A stretch of 8,985 nucleotides of DNA from a virus (Duplodnaviria; Heunggongvirae; Uroviricota; Caudoviricetes): the IMG/VR virus record IMGVR_UViG_2663763287_000005; one strand, 5' to 3'. The first letter of the stretch is position 1. Each line of letters opens with the position of its first letter. The notes beneath the pieces are model-generated. The model did no database searches and was not told the DNA's origin. It saw nothing but the letters and a program-made list of their open reading frames with translations. Positions 7,619-8,985 of the stretch are shown here, piece after piece. The translations under genes and the position numbers were made by a program.

Positions 7619-7996
7619 GTGGACGGTTTCGATAATCTGTTTGATGCTGCGCTTGCCGGTGTCAATGAAGTCATTCTCCGTGATATGGGGATCAGCGCCG
7701 TCATTACGTCCGGAGAACTTGAGGGGACACACCTGACAGGGGTTTTTGATGATCCCGAAAGTATTTCTTTTGTTGCCGGGGGGATCCGGCTTGAGGATTC
7801 CTCACCGTGCCTGTTTGTGAAAACGGCAGATATATCGCAGTTACGCCGTCAGGATACGTTAACTATCGGGGATGATTCTTTCTTTGTGGATCGTATTACT
7901 CCGGATGACGGGGGATGCTGTTATATCCGGTTAAGGCGGGGCAGTCCTGCCCCACAGAATAATGCCAGAATGAGGCGATATGATGAAGGGACTTGA
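7619..7996 (+). CDS. FII: Head-tail connector / head completion protein (lambda gpFII-like)
   Basis: GTG start at 7619 with AGGAG at 7609-7613; MDGFDNLFDAALAG...ITSGE...GVFDDPESISF...SSPCLFVKT...QLRRQDTLTIGDDSFFVDRITPDDGGCCY, against lambda gpFII MADFDNLFDAAIAR...ITSGE...GVFDDPENISY...SSPSLFVRT...QLRRGDTLTIGEENFWVDRVSPDDGGSCH. The 3' end overlaps Z by 17 nt in another frame. Confidence 0.86.
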   Translation: MDGFDNLFDAALAGVNEVILRDMGISAVITSGELEGTHLTGVFDDPESISFVAGGIRLEDSSPCLFVKTADISQLRRQDTLTIGDDSFFVDRITPDDGGCCYIRLRRGSPAPQNNARMRRYDEGT

Positions 7997-8567
7997 GAAT
8001 GCCATCCGCAATCTGAACAGCCTCGATACCCGCATGGTGCCACAGACCAGCGCATGGGCGGTAAACCGTGTGGCGGCAAAGATTGTTTCTGTCGCCACAC
8101 GGCAGGTTGCGCAGAATACCGTTGCCGGGGATAACCAGGTGAAAGGTATTCCCCTGAAAACGGTCAGGGAGCGTGTCAGGCTGCTTAAAGCCAGCCCCTC
8201 AGGAAAAATGTATGCCCGCATGCGTGTTAACCGGGGTAACCTGCCCGCCATTAAGCTGGGTACCGCACAGGTCAGACTGGCCCGCTCCCGGCATGGCAGC
8301 AACTCACGTCATCGTGGCAGCGTACTGAAAGTGGGGAAATACCTTTTCCGGGATGCGTTTATTCAGCAACTGGCGAATGGTCGCTGGCATGTGATGCGGC
8401 GTATTGACGGCAAAAATCGTTACCCCATTGATGTGGTGAAAATCCCGATGTCCGGACCGCTGACACAGGCATTTGAAGATGCCCGCGACCGCATCATTGC
8501 TGCGGAAATGCCGAAACAGCTGGGGTATGCCCTGAAACAACAACTGAGGTTACATCTGAGTAAATGA
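7980..8567 (+). CDS. Z: Tail completion protein (lambda gpZ-like)
   Basis: 195 aa with MMKGLENAIRNL...AWAVNRVAAKI...VNRGNLPAIKLG...AFIQQLANGRWHVMRRIDGKNRYPIDVVKIPMSGPLTQAF...LGYALKQQLRL, against lambda gpZ MAIKGLEQAVENL...AMAINRVAS...VNRGDLPVIKLG...AFIQQLKNGRWHVMQRVAGKNRYPIDVVKIPMAVPLTTAF...LGYALQHQLRM. GAGG at 7972-7975 is upstream. ATG 7980 or the adjacent ATG 7983 could be the start. Confidence 0.86.
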   Translation: MMKGLENAIRNLNSLDTRMVPQTSAWAVNRVAAKIVSVATRQVAQNTVAGDNQVKGIPLKTVRERVRLLKASPSGKMYARMRVNRGNLPAIKLGTAQVRLARSRHGSNSRHRGSVLKVGKYLFRDAFIQQLANGRWHVMRRIDGKNRYPIDVVKIPMSGPLTQAFEDARDRIIAAEMPKQLGYALKQQLRLHLSK

Positions 8568-8965
8568 ACCGACACACACAAATCCGTCAGAGCGTGCTGG
8601 CACGCCTTCGGGAACAGTGTGGAGACAGCGCCACGTTTTTTGACGGGCTTCCGGCATTTATTGATGCGCAGGAACTGCCCGCCGTGGCGGTGTGGCTGAG
8701 TGATGCGCAGTACACCGGAAAAATGACGGATGAGGACGACTGGCAGGCTGTTCTGCATATTGCCGTTTTCGTCCGTGCACAGGCGCCGGATTCTGAGCTG
8801 GATACGTGGATGGAGAACACCATATTTCCGGCCATGAAGGATATTCCGGTGCTTTCCGGACTCATCGACACCATGATCCCACTCGGTTTTAACTATCAAC
8901 GTGATAATGAGATGGCCACCTGGGCGATGGCGGAAATCACGTACCAGATCACGTACACGAATTAA
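8564..8965 (+). CDS. U: Tail terminator protein (lambda gpU-like)
   Basis: 133 aa with ...SATFFDGLPAFIDAQELPAVAVWLSDAQYTG...DDWQAVLHIAVF...APDSELDTWMENTIFPAMKDIPVLSGLI...AEITYQITY, against lambda gpU ...GATFFDGRPAVFDEADFPAVAVYLTGAEYTG...DTWQAELHIEVF...VPDSELDAWMESRIYPVMSDIPALSDLI...ADLTYVITY. ATG 8564 overlaps the Z stop TGA 8565-8567 (ATGA junction). Confidence 0.88.
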   Translation: MNRHTQIRQSVLARLREQCGDSATFFDGLPAFIDAQELPAVAVWLSDAQYTGKMTDEDDWQAVLHIAVFVRAQAPDSELDTWMENTIFPAMKDIPVLSGLIDTMIPLGFNYQRDNEMATWAMAEITYQITYTN

Positions 8966-8975
8966 GGAGGTGGTA

Positions 8976-8985
8976 ATGACCACAC
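8976..8985 (+). CDS. Start of next gene, truncated by window end (major tail protein gpV expected by lambda synteny)
   Basis: AGGAGG at 8965-8970 lies 5 nt before ATG 8976. Only 3 codons are visible, so the product is inferred from gene order alone. Confidence 0.35.

Noticed and set aside
7205-7732. 175-aa reverse-strand ORF across FI and FII (and similar minus-strand ORFs 7471..7704, 7931..8302, 8304..8543, 8420..8983, 8587..8874)
   Set aside because: Antisense to the FI, FII, Z and U homologs; Ser/Pro-rich low-complexity translations; no independent support.
1-8985. CRISPR arrays, tRNA or rRNA genes, insertion sequences, integrase or att sites
   Set aside because: No direct-repeat/spacer periodicity, no tRNA-like cloverleaf candidates, no transposase or integrase-like ORFs and no terminal inverted repeats were seen; the window is fully occupied by head genes.

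Overview
This window is a collinear lambda-type (lambdoid) phage head-morphogenesis and head-tail joining module, all on the + strand, in the canonical lambda order: nu1 (3' portion only) - A (terminase large subunit) - W - B (portal) - C/nu3 (prohead protease/scaffold) - D (decoration) - E (major capsid) - FI - FII - Z - U - start of the next gene (V expected by synteny). Calls rest on my recall of phage lambda protein sequences (roughly 50-75% identical by eye), not on a database search. Genes are tightly packed with overlapping stop/start junctions and no inserted cargo gene, so I do not see a novel defence or accessory system here and will not invent one. The unusual points are: (1) the portal gene is broken by a +1 frameshift in a T6 run; (2) the nu3 scaffold region of C carries three diverged tandem copies of a ~47-50 codon motif that lambda has once, running straight into an assembly gap; (3) nu1 appears to lack its N-terminal DNA-binding half in frame, in a segment with lower GC; (4) a terminator-like hairpin sits between E and FI. 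Two N runs (2195-2307, 5516-5596) interrupt the 3' ends of A and C, so those ends and the frames across the gaps are uncertain. The portal frameshift plus the nu1 disruption suggest either a defective prophage or draft-assembly errors.
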